Counted from the first letter of the stretch, positions 48,403 to 58,286 are shown. The stretch is DNA of 64,000 nt from Muribaculaceae bacterium (GCA_017462345.1 JAFTRI010000019.1:27896-91895), one strand, 5' to 3'. Numbers and translations are program-made. The notes: a model not told the origin generated them from the letters alone.

Positions 48403-50088
48403 ATGAACAAAAAATTATGTTACTCGCTCATTCTGGGCAGTGCAGTTATGTTGACGGGCTGCGGGAAGAAACTCAACCAGTTCTCGGCTGATTATTTCTC
48501 GGTGAACCCGTCTCCGCTTGAAGTCGTTGGCGATAAAGTGCCAGCAACCGTGACAGGTAAAATTCCCGGTAACTTCTTCTTGAAAAATGCAGAGGTAACC
48601 GTAACTCCTTATCTTGAATATAATGGCACAGAGGTCGCTTCGCAACCGTATACGTTCCAGGGAGAAAAGGTGCGTGGAAACAATCCGGTGGTAAACTATG
48701 AATACGGCGGAACTGTGACTATTCCGGTGATGTACACGTATGTTCCAGAGATGGCCAAGAGCAACCTTTCATTGGCATTTGAGGTGAAACAGGGCAGCAA
48801 GCAGTATGTGCTACCCAGGGTTAAGGTTGCTGAAGGTGTTGTCGCAACATCGACACTTGCCGATGCTGCCACTGTAACTCCGGCACTTGCCGCTGACAAA
48901 TTCCAGCGTATTATTAATGAAAAGTATGCCGCCGACATCAAGTTCCTCATCAATCAGGCCAACATCCGTGACGGAGAGTTGCGCTCGGCTGCGATGAAGG
49001 ATCTGAATGCCGAAATCGTGAATGCAAGCCGCGACTCGTCACGCCAGATCGAGGAGATCAACATTTCTTCATACGCATCGCCGGAAGGTGGCGTGGATCT
49101 CAATACCCGTCTTGCCGAAAATCGTGAAAAGAATACTTCAAAATATCTTCAGTCTCAGTTGAAAAAGGACGATGTTACCAATTTCGGGGAGTTGACCGCA
49201 CAGTTCACCGCTGAGGACTGGGACGGTTTCCAGAAACTTGTGTCAGAAAGCAATATTCAGGACAAGGAGTTGATACTCAGTGTTCTTTCCATGTATAAAG
49301 ATCCTGAAGAACGTGAGCGTGAAATACGTAACCTTTCATCGGTGTTTGAACAGCTTGCAGATGAAATCCTGCCTCAGTTGCGTTATTCCCGTATTACGGC
49401 ATCTATCAATGTGATAGGCAAGAGCGACGAGGAAATCCAAAGCCTTTTCGAGTCTAATCCCAAGGCTCTCTCGGTGGATGAACTGCTATATTGTGCAACC
49501 CTGACCGATGATAACAGCAAGAAACTTGCTGTCTATGCCAAGGCTGCCGAGCTTTATCCCAATGATTACCGTACATTCAACAATCTTGGTAACTGCCAGT
49601 ATGTTGCCGGAGACTATGATGCCGCGAAAGCAAGTTTTGCCAAGGCTGCACGTCTTGAACCGTCAAGTTCGGAATCCCAGATGAATCTCGGTCTTATCTC
49701 GTTGATGAATAATGATTACAGTGACGCTAACCAGAAGTTTGGCAGTGCAGCAGGAGCTGAAGGTCTTGGCGACGCATTGGGCGTGTTCTACCTCAAGCAG
49801 GGAGACTATGCCAATGCGGTAAAGGCTTTCGGTGACAGCAAGAACAATAATGCCGCACTTGCACAAATCCTTACCAAGGATTACAGCAAGGCCAAAACGA
49901 CTCTTTCGTCAATCAACAATCCGGATGCAACGACTTATTACCTGATGGCTGTTCTGGGTGCACGCACCAATAACGAACAGATGGTGGCAAGTAATCTCCG
50001 ACAGGCTGTAAAACTTGATAGTTCGCTTGCTGCCAAGGCTGCCAATGACCTCGAATTCAGTAACTTCAATTTGTCGGGTGTAATCTGA
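48403..50088 (+). CDS. lipoprotein with C-terminal tetratricopeptide (TPR) repeats
   Basis: The lipobox is VMLTGC. TPR-like repeats lie at about aa 370-520 (…YPNDYRTFNNLGNCQYVAGDYDAAKASFAKAARLEPSS…). Confidence 0.72.
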   Translation: MNKKLCYSLILGSAVMLTGCGKKLNQFSADYFSVNPSPLEVVGDKVPATVTGKIPGNFFLKNAEVTVTPYLEYNGTEVASQPYTFQGEKVRGNNPVVNYEYGGTVTIPVMYTYVPEMAKSNLSLAFEVKQGSKQYVLPRVKVAEGVVATSTLADAATVTPALAADKFQRIINEKYAADIKFLINQANIRDGELRSAAMKDLNAEIVNASRDSSRQIEEINISSYASPEGGVDLNTRLAENREKNTSKYLQSQLKKDDVTNFGELTAQFTAEDWDGFQKLVSESNIQDKELILSVLSMYKDPEEREREIRNLSSVFEQLADEILPQLRYSRITASINVIGKSDEEIQSLFESNPKALSVDELLYCATLTDDNSKKLAVYAKAAELYPNDYRTFNNLGNCQYVAGDYDAAKASFAKAARLEPSSSESQMNLGLISLMNNDYSDANQKFGSAAGAEGLGDALGVFYLKQGDYANAVKAFGDSKNNNAALAQILTKDYSKAKTTLSSINNPDATTYYLMAVLGARTNNEQMVASNLRQAVKLDSSLAAKAANDLEFSNFNLSGVI

Positions 50089-50098
50089 TCGGACGATT

Positions 50099-50530
50099 AT
50101 GAAGAAACTAATGATTGTCGCAGCTGTAGCACTGACAGTGACAGCGTGCGGAAACAAGGCAGATAAGTCAGGAGAGCAGCACGTCGAGGAGGCAGTAGCT
50201 GAATGCGGTCATGAACATGCTCATCATGGTCATGAAATGGCTATCGCGGGTATTGCCCAGGGGACAGATACGGTTGCCGGTCAAATCACGATAGTCAAAT
50301 TGAGCGATGGTGAAACGCAGACGTTTGACTACGCTTCTTCGAATCCTGACAAGATTGCTGCATGGCAAGCCGGAGATACGGTTACAGTGTTTGTGCATCA
50401 CCATCATCATGGTGATGTGGCTCATGACTCGATTGCGGCTGTAAAAATCGGTAACTATGAGTGTCGCCACGAACACGGAACGTGTGACGGACATGACCAT
50501 GGACATCATGACCATGATCATGCTCACTGA
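50099..50530 (+). CDS. histidine-rich lipoprotein (putative metal-binding)
   Basis: The lipobox is ALTVTAC. There are three His clusters: GHEHAHHGHE, VHHHHHGDVAHD and CRHEHGTCDGHDHGHHDHDHAH. The gene starts 10 nt after the TPR gene stop. Confidence 0.7.
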   Translation: MKKLMIVAAVALTVTACGNKADKSGEQHVEEAVAECGHEHAHHGHEMAIAGIAQGTDTVAGQITIVKLSDGETQTFDYASSNPDKIAAWQAGDTVTVFVHHHHHGDVAHDSIAAVKIGNYECRHEHGTCDGHDHGHHDHDHAH

Positions 50531-50584
50531 AAATAAAGTGTAAAAAACATTGTGAAAAATAGGTGTTGTAAAGAAAATTTACGT

Positions 50585-50592
50585 TACCTTTG
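50585..50592 (+). promoter_or_regulatory. -7 promoter box TACCTTTG for tRNA-Gly
   Basis: A perfect TAnnTTTG ends 12 nt upstream of the tRNA 5' end. Confidence 0.55.
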
Positions 50593-50604
50593 CAACACCG
50601 AAAT

Positions 50605-50677
50605 GCGGTAATAGCTCAGTTGGTAGAGCATCAGCTTCCCAAGCTGAGGGTCGCGGGTTCGAATCCCGTTTACCGCT
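50605..50677 (+). tRNA. tRNA-Gly (anticodon CCC)
   Basis: I folded a 73-nt cloverleaf by hand. The acceptor is GCGGTAA/TTACCGC, the D arm is GCTC-AGTTGGTA-GAGC, the anticodon stem is TCAGC/GCTGA with loop TTCCCAA, and the T-loop is TTCGAAT. Confidence 0.9.
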
Positions 50678-50686
50678 CGCGATAAG

Positions 50687-50723
50687 AAGGGCGGTGTGTC
50701 ATAGAAATTGGCACACCGCCCTT
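50687..50723 (+). terminator. hairpin after tRNA-Gly
   Basis: Perfect 12-bp stem AAGGGCGGTGTG / CACACCGCCCTT with a 13-nt loop. The T-tract is weak. Confidence 0.55.
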
Positions 50724-50877
50724 GTCATGTGTGTATCCGGATGTCGAGCCAAAGACGATGCAAACCAGTGAGTTAGGGGCGATTGCAGGAGTGTGAGCGA
50801 AAATGGTCATGGGTAAATTAGGATTTATTAAGATAAGTGATGTCGTGATATTGCCCGGGTGGCGTGGTAAATTTGCA

Positions 50878-51300
50878 ATGAAGAATAGTAAAATAACCAC
50901 AAAGAAATCGAGAATGTTTGAGGCAATGAAGACACGCGACAGGGACTTCTTGAAAGTGTGCCGTCGTATCAGGGAAAATCAGGGAGGAGCCAGGCTTACA
51001 ATGCGTCAGGTTGCAGGGAAGGCGGTAAAGACGGAAGCCCCCGGATATTATGTGACGTTTGATTATGCTTATAGGATGTTGCGGTTACTGCGTAACGGGC
51101 GCATCTCACCGGATTATAACCGAATCAAGATCCAGCAATGGGAGGAACTCAGGGTTAAGGTCGACAAGGTGCGGAAGAGTTACGGTATCAGGGATGATGC
51201 AACGGCTCTCGGGCTTGTGCTTGCCGGAGGCAGGGCTTCTCGATTCTTTATCTCACAGGCGTATGGGTTACGCCTGCTCAAGAACCTTAATTCAAAATGA
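50878..51300 (+). CDS. hypothetical basic protein (possible HTH); the start is ambiguous
   Basis: The ORF has coding-like composition, and its stop overlaps the next ORF's ATG (ATGA). Candidate starts are 50803, 50878 and 50914. A TAAATTTG box at 50868-50875 favours 50914 (MFEAMKTRD…). I recognise no family. Confidence 0.5.
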   Translation: MKNSKITTKKSRMFEAMKTRDRDFLKVCRRIRENQGGARLTMRQVAGKAVKTEAPGYYVTFDYAYRMLRLLRNGRISPDYNRIKIQQWEELRVKVDKVRKSYGIRDDATALGLVLAGGRASRFFISQAYGLRLLKNLNSK

Positions 51301-51839
51301 TGTCCAAACCAATAAAAACAGGAAAAAATATTATGACAACAGTTCTATCATTAAACCTTTCATCAAATGCCATAATGCAGGAAATCTATGCGGTGTCGGC
51401 TTTGCGATGTGTTCTCAACGGTGTTGGCAATCACCGCAGCCCGTTGCTTACCCGAGACCGTAGTGCCGCATTGAGGATAGTCGTAAAAGATGCTTTTGCC
51501 CATGTGATAATGAAAATGATGCCATACGTGGAGGCGAGTAACCTTAATGGAGAGACGTCCAAGTATGCCGATGTCGATCCGGCGGATAGCGGTGAGGAGA
51601 TGTTGCTGCAAGCGGATGTGAGGCTTTGCGGCAGTTTCCCGGATGAGTTGTCAGGGACATTGCGCCACTATGTGGAACATGCGGTGGCGATGTATGCGTT
51701 GCATTTGTGCTATATGGGTCATGATGCAGGGTTGAGCGTGCATCATGAACGGCTTGCCGAAAAGGCAATTGCCTCAATCGCAGAGATGGCAAGAGCCGGA
51801 AAACGACCGGATAAGGGTGTCGTGCCTCACTGGTTGTAG
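51297..51839 (+). CDS. hypothetical acidic protein
   Basis: The 180-aa ORF appears translationally coupled to the previous ORF. Its 3' end overlaps the convergent MscS gene by 13 nt. I recognise no family. Confidence 0.5.
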   Translation: MMSKPIKTGKNIMTTVLSLNLSSNAIMQEIYAVSALRCVLNGVGNHRSPLLTRDRSAALRIVVKDAFAHVIMKMMPYVEASNLNGETSKYADVDPADSGEEMLLQADVRLCGSFPDELSGTLRHYVEHAVAMYALHLCYMGHDAGLSVHHERLAEKAIASIAEMARAGKRPDKGVVPHWL

Positions 51840-53005
51840 CGGATGGCTGAAATGTCGGTTCCTGCCGGCGTCTGGAATACTTTCAGCCCGAAACGTGGCA
51901 GAACCGCCAGGATGTATTCAAAGACTTCGGCCTGTAGCTTTTCATAAGCGACCCAATTCTTATCGGCTGAGAAAAAATACAATTCGAGAGGAAGTCCTTC
52001 GGACGTGGGTTGCAATTGCCGAACCATGAAAAGCATGCTGGTGTTAACTTTGGGATGAGACGCGAGGTATTTTTCGACGAAAGACCGGAATAGATGCAGG
52101 TTGACGACTTCCGAACCGGTGACATCTCCGTCGAACAGTCCCGACTCTTTGTAGCCGGAGAGTTGTGCGGGGGTGCAGAATGCGATGGTGTTCATGTCGA
52201 TGTTTATCGAACGCATAATGCGCCGTCCGCCACTTTCCTGCATCCCCCGCCAGTTCTGGAAAGAATCGCTGATGAGGGAGTATGGCGGTATTGTGATTAT
52301 GGTCATGTCCCAGTTCTGTACCTTAACGGTTGTCAGGGTCACGTCGGTTACCGTGCCGTTCGCGCCAAACTTCGGGGCGACAATCCAGTCGCCCGGTTTC
52401 AGCATGTCATTGGCCGAAAGCTGTATGCCTGCCACGAGACCGAGAATGGTGTCCTTGAATACCAGCATCAGTATTGCTGCCGATGCACCGAGCCCCGAGA
52501 GTATAAATAACGGATTCTTGTCAAGCAGTATGCTTATCCCGATGATAACCCCAACGATGATTGCAAGCAGCTTGAGCATCTGATACAGTCCTTTCAGCGG
52601 GTGATTCTGCAGGGTCTCGTTCTGCATCGAGAGGGCGTACAATGCGCTGATAAACGTACATACCAGCCGAACAGCAGAGACGATGATGTAGATGTAGCAT
52701 GCTTTGATGATGTAGGAGAGCAGGACCGGCATCCCTGTGAACGCGAGTGGAAGCAGAAGCACAAGTATTACCGGAGGAACAATCTGGCATGCAGCGGAAA
52801 GGACATTGTCGTTTAGAAGTATGTCGTCCCATGTAGCCTTGGTGGAGTAAGTCACTTTCTTTACAATGAGAGCAAGTACCCTGTGGCAGAAGTGATAACC
52901 AATTATCGCGACAAGGATGATACAAACGACAACCGCTATCTGATTCAAGAGCGGAGAGTGTTCAGTAATGGTAATCATGGACGGAAACATTATTATGAGA
53001 CACAA
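51827..53005 (-). CDS. mechanosensitive ion channel (MscS family)
   Basis: N-terminal TM helices are followed by the MscS beta-domain signature GDWIVAPKFGANGTVTDVTLTTVKVQNWDMTIITIPP. Confidence 0.88.
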   Translation of the reverse strand: MCLIIMFPSMITITEHSPLLNQIAVVVCIILVAIIGYHFCHRVLALIVKKVTYSTKATWDDILLNDNVLSAACQIVPPVILVLLLPLAFTGMPVLLSYIIKACYIYIIVSAVRLVCTFISALYALSMQNETLQNHPLKGLYQMLKLLAIIVGVIIGISILLDKNPLFILSGLGASAAILMLVFKDTILGLVAGIQLSANDMLKPGDWIVAPKFGANGTVTDVTLTTVKVQNWDMTIITIPPYSLISDSFQNWRGMQESGGRRIMRSINIDMNTIAFCTPAQLSGYKESGLFDGDVTGSEVVNLHLFRSFVEKYLASHPKVNTSMLFMVRQLQPTSEGLPLELYFFSADKNWVAYEKLQAEVFEYILAVLPRFGLKVFQTPAGTDISAIRYNQ

Positions 53006-53254
53006 AAGTAGTGATAATCAGGTGAGGGACAAAAAAATGCCGGGATTATCTCACGACAATCCCGGCATGCACCTTAAAAAATCTAATCCTATGAAAAAAC
53101 TAATTCACAAAAGTTTGACTAAAGTCGCGATTGTACTTTAATCGCTTTTGGTCTTTCTGCTGTTGTGTATTTCTAATACGAAGAAAATGAGAAAATGTTA
53201 TATCGGGCGGGAGATAATTATGCAGTTTTAACATTTGTACCGCCGCCGTTTAGC

Positions 53255-53262
53255 TATCTTTG
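53255..53262 (+). promoter_or_regulatory. -7 promoter box TATCTTTG for rnz-tadA
   Basis: A perfect TAnnTTTG lies 34 nt upstream of the ATG at 53296. Confidence 0.5.
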
Positions 53263-53295
53263 CAAATCCAATAGTCAAAAAGTACATCGGAAGTC

Positions 53296-54210
53296 ATGGC
53301 GCGGTTTCAGGTAAATATACTCGGTTGCGGTTCGGCAACCCCCTCGATGAGGCATCTCCCGTCGTGTCAGGTAATAGATTTTCGCGATAACCTGTTCATG
53401 GTCGATTGTGGTGAGGGGGCGCAGTTGTCCATGCGCCGGATGAAATTGAAATTTTCGCGCCTGAACCATATTTTTATCAGCCATCTTCACGGAGACCATT
53501 GTTTCGGGCTGCCCGGACTGCTGTCGACACTTGCCCTTCATGACAAGAGCGGTACGGTAACGGTGCATGTATTCAAGGAGGGGGCGGAGGTGTTCGGCCG
53601 GATGTTGGAATATTTCTGCCGGGATATGCCGTTTGAGATATGTTTCAATATCATCGAGCCGGGAGTGGCGACGATTTATGAGGATGATGCCATCACGGTG
53701 TCGACATTCCCGCTCTATCACCGTATTCCGTGTGTAGGGTTTGTTTTCAGGGAAAAACCAAAGTTGAGGCATCTGCGCGGTGACATGGTGAAGTTCTTTA
53801 ATGTCCCGGTGCGGGAACTGCACGGGATAAAGCGGGGTGCTGATTTTGTCGCTCCCGATGGGACAGTGATAGCCAATGACCGTCTTACGACACCGGCTGA
53901 CCGGTCGATAAGCTATGCCTATTGCTCCGATACGATGTATGACCGGCGTGTCGCCGAATGGGTGAATGGAGTAGATGTGATATATCATGAGGCGACGTAT
54001 GATGACGAGTATGCCGCCAAGGCGCGCGAACGAGGACATTCCACAGCGCGCGAAGCCGGAAAAACTGCCGCTGCCGCGGGAGCTTCACGACTTATAATAG
54101 GGCATTTTTCCAAGCGGTATGTGTCGGAGGATGCGCATCTTGCCCAGGCTCGGGAGGAATTTCCCGAAGTGATTGCAGCAAATGAAGGAATGAAAATAGA
54201 CTTGTTATGA
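53296..54210 (+). CDS. rnz: ribonuclease Z
   Basis: The metallo-beta-lactamase motif is ISHLHGDHCFGLPGLL. The N-terminus is FQVNILGCGSATPS. Length is 304 aa. Confidence 0.93.
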   Translation: MARFQVNILGCGSATPSMRHLPSCQVIDFRDNLFMVDCGEGAQLSMRRMKLKFSRLNHIFISHLHGDHCFGLPGLLSTLALHDKSGTVTVHVFKEGAEVFGRMLEYFCRDMPFEICFNIIEPGVATIYEDDAITVSTFPLYHRIPCVGFVFREKPKLRHLRGDMVKFFNVPVRELHGIKRGADFVAPDGTVIANDRLTTPADRSISYAYCSDTMYDRRVAEWVNGVDVIYHEATYDDEYAAKARERGHSTAREAGKTAAAAGASRLIIGHFSKRYVSEDAHLAQAREEFPEVIAANEGMKIDLL

Positions 54211-54659
54211 TAGACTTGACAGCTAAGGAGGATGACCGGTTCATGCGTGCGGCCCTTGATGAGGCCCGGCAGGCATTTGATGCCGATGAAGTTCCTATCG
54301 GGGCGGTAGTTGTGTGTGGCGGACGCATAGTGGGACGCGGGCACAATATGACCGAGACATTCAATGATGTTACGGCACATGCCGAGATGCAGGCCATTAC
54401 AGCAGCTGTAAATGCTCTCGGCGGAAAATATCTTCCGGAGTGTACATTGTATGTTACGGTGGAGCCTTGTGTGATGTGCGCCGGAGCGATAGGGTGGAGC
54501 CAGATACGACGGGTAGTATATGGAGCCGGTGACGAAAAACGTGGTTATCTGACGTTTACGCGAAAGCCCCCGTTTCATCCTAAAGCCGTTGTCGTGTCGG
54601 GGATTCTTGCCGGTGAATCGGCGGAACTGATGCGGAGTTTCTTTGCCCGTAAACGATAA
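54207..54659 (+). CDS. tadA: tRNA adenosine(34) deaminase
   Basis: The CDA zinc motifs HAEMQAI and PCVMCAGA are present. There is a 4-nt ATGA overlap with rnz. Confidence 0.92.
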   Translation: MIDLTAKEDDRFMRAALDEARQAFDADEVPIGAVVVCGGRIVGRGHNMTETFNDVTAHAEMQAITAAVNALGGKYLPECTLYVTVEPCVMCAGAIGWSQIRRVVYGAGDEKRGYLTFTRKPPFHPKAVVVSGILAGESAELMRSFFARKR

Positions 54660-54662
54660 TTG

Positions 54663-54670
54663 TACATTTG
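54663..54670 (+). promoter_or_regulatory. -7 promoter box TACATTTG upstream of metH
   Basis: A perfect TAnnTTTG lies 20 nt upstream of the first ATG (54690). Confidence 0.4.
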
Positions 54671-54689
54671 AAAAATCTGCAAACTATAA

Positions 54690-57600
54690 ATGTGTAATAA
54701 GGGAAATTTGAGATACAGTGACAGTTCGATTGCCTTGATGGATGCGATCGGCAGCGGTAGGATGCTGGTGCTTGACGGGGCGATGGGTACGATGATTCAG
54801 CAGTGCGGGCTGACCGAGGCTGATTTCAGGGGAGAACGGTTTGCCGACAGCAGGTGCCAGTTGAAAGGCTGCAATGACCTGCTGGTACTGACGGCTCCGG
54901 AGACAGTGTCGAGGATACACGAGGAATATCTGCGTGCCGGGGCTTCAATAATAGAGACAAACACGTTCAATGCCAGTGCCGTATCACTTTCGGATTACGG
55001 TCTTGCCGACTATGTGGAGGAGATAAACTTTACCGCGGCGCAGTTGGCGCGGCGAGTTGCCGACAAATATTGTACCGAACACCCCGGTGCGGAGTGCTGG
55101 GTTGCCGGCAGTGTGGGGCCGACAAGTAAGTCGCTATCGATGTCGTCGGGTATAGATGCTCCCGGTGGCGGAATGACTTGGGATGAGCTGGTGGATACAT
55201 ATACCGTGCAGATGTCGGCTCTTATTTCCGGAGGAGTGGATGTGCTGCTGATAGAAACCGTGTTTGACGGACTGAATGCCAAGGCGGCATTATATGCCGC
55301 CCAACGGGCGATGGAGAAATCGTCCCGCAAAGTGCCTGTGATGATGTCCGTCACCCTTACCGAATCGGGGCGGACGCTCTCGGGGCAAACGCTTGAAGCA
55401 TTTGTCGCAACGGTAGCTCATGGCGAACTGCTGTCGATGGGCCTGAACTGCGGTTTTGGTGCAGACGGAATGGTGAAACATATAGATGCGTTGCAAAATA
55501 TTCCGATGGCTGTCAGTGTGTATCCCAATGCCGGACTGCCGAATGAAATGGGAGAGTATGATGAAACTCCGGAGATGATGGCTGCCAAGCTGCGCCATCT
55601 GATGGAGAGCGGGCGGGTTAATATTGTGGGAGGATGTTGCGGAACGACTCCCGACCATATCCGAGCCATTGCCTCGATTGCCCGGATGAGCAAAGGCCGC
55701 CGGATTCCCGCCGGGGACGGTTGCCTCGTCCTTGCCGGATTAGAGCCCCTTGAGGTGTCGTCGCGATGTAATTTCATGAATGTGGGAGAGCGGTGTAATG
55801 TGGCCGGCAGCAGAAAATTCCTTCGTCTGATAAAGGAGAAGAAGATCGATGAGGCTATAGATGTTGCCCGTTCCCAAGTCGAGTCCGGGGCTCAGGTCAT
55901 CGATATAAATATGGATGATGCCATGCTTGACGCTTCAGAAGAGATGTCGGCATTCATTGACCGTATAGGGGTTGAGCCTGATGTGGCGCGAGTGCCGGTA
56001 ATGATCGATTCGTCATCGTGGGAAGCTGTCGTGTCGGGATTGAAGCATGTGCAGGGACGCCCGATTGTGAATTCCATAAGCCTAAAGGAGGGTGAGTCCC
56101 GGTTTGTCGAGAAGGCCGTGTTTATCCGGGAAATGGGAGCTGCCGTGGTTGTAATGGCGTTTGACGAGCATGGGCAGGCTGATACATACGAACGGAAAAT
56201 CGAAGTGTGCGGACGAGCTTACAGGATATTGACCGAAACGGTGGGTTTCAGGGGGCATGAGATAATATTTGACCCTAACGTGCTTGCCGTTGCCACCGGA
56301 ATAGAGGCACATAATAATTACGCGCTTGATTTTATCAGGGCAGTAGGGTGGATAAAATCGAATCTCCCCGGAGCAAAAGTGAGTGGCGGCATAAGTAACT
56401 TGTCGTTCTCGTTCCGTGGAAACAATTATGTGAGGGAGGCTATGCATGCCGTATTCCTTTACCACGCCATTTCCAAAGGTCTTGACATGGCAATCGTTAA
56501 TGCTGCCTCCATGATGCCGTTTGACGATGTCCCAGTGGAATTGCGTGGCGCTCTTGAGGATGTCATTTTCAATCGCAGTGCGGATGCGACCGAACGACTT
56601 GTCGCTATTGCCGAATGCTCCAAGGGGGAACGGCCGCCAGGGATTGCGGATGGCAAAGAGAGTGAGGCCGTCAGTATGACGGCATCGGAAAAAATCGAGC
56701 AGATGCTTGTAAAAGGGGTGGCAGACGGTATGGAGCAATATCTGTCAGAGGCAATGGCTGAAACCGGCAGTGCGATGGCTGTCATAGACGGGGCGTTGAT
56801 GAAAGGGATGAACCGTGTCGGCGAGTTGTTCGGCGCCGGTAAAATGTTTCTCCCTCAAGTGGTGAAGAGTGCACGGACAATGAAACAAGCCGTTGTACGG
56901 CTCACTCCGTATATAGAAAATGAGAAACGGATCAAGGGGAATAAGGTTTCAGGCAGAATGGTTATTGCCACGGTCAAAGGCGATGTGCATGATATAGGAA
57001 AAAACATCGTCAATGTGATCATGGGCTGTAACGGCTTTGAAATGGTGGATATGGGTGTAATGGTTCCCGGTGAGGATATTGTGGATAAAGCCAGGTCGGA
57101 ACAAGCCGACTTTGTCGCTCTCAGCGGATTGATAACCCCTTCGCTTGAGGAGATGTGTAATGTGGCCCGGCTTATGGAAACCAATGGAATGGATATTCCG
57201 CTGATGATAGGCGGAGCAACGACTTCGGCACTTCATACGGCTGTAAAGATTGCCCCATGTTATAGCGGTCCGGTGGTGTACACGCGTGATGCAGCCATGC
57301 TGCCTGCTGTGGCACAGAGCTTTATGAATCAGGAAACACGAGCGGCGGCGATAGAGGAAAATAAAAAAAATCAGGAGCGGTTGCGTAGCGAGTATTACCG
57401 GACGACAGGTGGACGGCTTTCGATCGAAGACGCGCGAGCACGACGTTTTGAATATGGAGAGGATACAGTGATTCCCGCGCCACGTCACCCGGGTATACAT
57501 AACCTGACGGTTACTGTGGAAGAGGCGCGCAGGCTTATTAACTGGCGGGCGTTCTTTGCCGTGTGGAGGTTAGATGCGTCGTTTGCATCGGTTGCACAGA

Positions 57601-58286
57601 TTCAGGGGTGTGATCATTGCCGTGCGCAGTGGCTTGCTTCTGTACCCGAGGACCACAGGGCGAAAGCGGCAGAAGCCATGCAGCTATGGAAAGAAGCTGA
57701 AAGGGTGCTGGACCGGTTGGAATCAGTGCTATCAGGCGACGGGCTGCATGTCAGGGTTGCATTGTTGCCCGCCGGAGGCCGGGATGAGGAGATTGAGTAC
57801 CGAAACGGAGACGGCATATATGTCCTGCCGACTCCACGGCAGCAGAACGGTGTTGCTGACGTGTGCCTCGCCCTTTCCGATTATGTCAAACCGATTGGAG
57901 AAGGAGGTGTGCCGGAGGACTGGATGGGATTGTTTGCCGTAACTTCGGGAAAAAGGATAAACGATGTTATTGAAGAATATAAGCAGGACGGGGATGACTA
58001 TAATGCGATTCTGTACCAGAGCATAGCCGACCGTCTTGCAGAGGCGGCCACTGAAATCATGCACAGAAAGGTGTGCCGCGAGTTGTGGGGCTACGAAGGC
58101 AAGGGAATCCGTCCGGCGATAGGTTATCCGTCGCTTCCAGATCAGCGGCTGGTGTTCCTTGCCGATAAGGTACTGGATTATAAATCGCTTGGAATTACCC
58201 TTACCGATAACGGTGCGATGTATCCTCCTGCATCCACTACCGGCTATATATTCGCTCATCCTCGGGCGAGGTATTTTTCGGTATAG
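54690..58286 (+). CDS. metH: cobalamin-dependent methionine synthase
   Basis: The Hcy-binding N-terminus is LVLDGAMGTMIQ. A pterin-binding domain follows. The B12-binding motif is GDVHDIGKNIV, and an AdoMet-activation domain closes the protein. An alternative start at 54738 (MDAIGSGRM) is equally plausible. Confidence 0.95.
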   Translation: MCNKGNLRYSDSSIALMDAIGSGRMLVLDGAMGTMIQQCGLTEADFRGERFADSRCQLKGCNDLLVLTAPETVSRIHEEYLRAGASIIETNTFNASAVSLSDYGLADYVEEINFTAAQLARRVADKYCTEHPGAECWVAGSVGPTSKSLSMSSGIDAPGGGMTWDELVDTYTVQMSALISGGVDVLLIETVFDGLNAKAALYAAQRAMEKSSRKVPVMMSVTLTESGRTLSGQTLEAFVATVAHGELLSMGLNCGFGADGMVKHIDALQNIPMAVSVYPNAGLPNEMGEYDETPEMMAAKLRHLMESGRVNIVGGCCGTTPDHIRAIASIARMSKGRRIPAGDGCLVLAGLEPLEVSSRCNFMNVGERCNVAGSRKFLRLIKEKKIDEAIDVARSQVESGAQVIDINMDDAMLDASEEMSAFIDRIGVEPDVARVPVMIDSSSWEAVVSGLKHVQGRPIVNSISLKEGESRFVEKAVFIREMGAAVVVMAFDEHGQADTYERKIEVCGRAYRILTETVGFRGHEIIFDPNVLAVATGIEAHNNYALDFIRAVGWIKSNLPGAKVSGGISNLSFSFRGNNYVREAMHAVFLYHAISKGLDMAIVNAASMMPFDDVPVELRGALEDVIFNRSADATERLVAIAECSKGERPPGIADGKESEAVSMTASEKIEQMLVKGVADGMEQYLSEAMAETGSAMAVIDGALMKGMNRVGELFGAGKMFLPQVVKSARTMKQAVVRLTPYIENEKRIKGNKVSGRMVIATVKGDVHDIGKNIVNVIMGCNGFEMVDMGVMVPGEDIVDKARSEQADFVALSGLITPSLEEMCNVARLMETNGMDIPLMIGGATTSALHTAVKIAPCYSGPVVYTRDAAMLPAVAQSFMNQETRAAAIEENKKNQERLRSEYYRTTGGRLSIEDARARRFEYGEDTVIPAPRHPGIHNLTVTVEEARRLINWRAFFAVWRLDASFASVAQIQGCDHCRAQWLASVPEDHRAKAAEAMQLWKEAERVLDRLESVLSGDGLHVRVALLPAGGRDEEIEYRNGDGIYVLPTPRQQNGVADVCLALSDYVKPIGEGGVPEDWMGLFAVTSGKRINDVIEEYKQDGDDYNAILYQSIADRLAEAATEIMHRKVCRELWGYEGKGIRPAIGYPSLPDQRLVFLADKVLDYKSLGITLTDNGAMYPPASTTGYIFAHPRARYFSV

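Noticed and set aside
50168-50527. A 119-aa ORF lies antisense to the His-rich lipoprotein gene.
   Set aside because: It is the mirror image of the CAT/CAC-rich sense strand, which gives M/V-rich nonsense. The sense ORF has a lipobox and operon context.
53033-53150. A hairpin, TGCCGGGATT…AATCCCGGCA (53039-53068), and a 16-codon ORF (53090-53140, MKKLIHKSLTKVAIVL) followed by a small hairpin lie between the MscS and rnz genes.
   Set aside because: These are short elements in a divergent promoter region with no supporting promoter box. The evidence is too weak to call an sRNA or a peptide.
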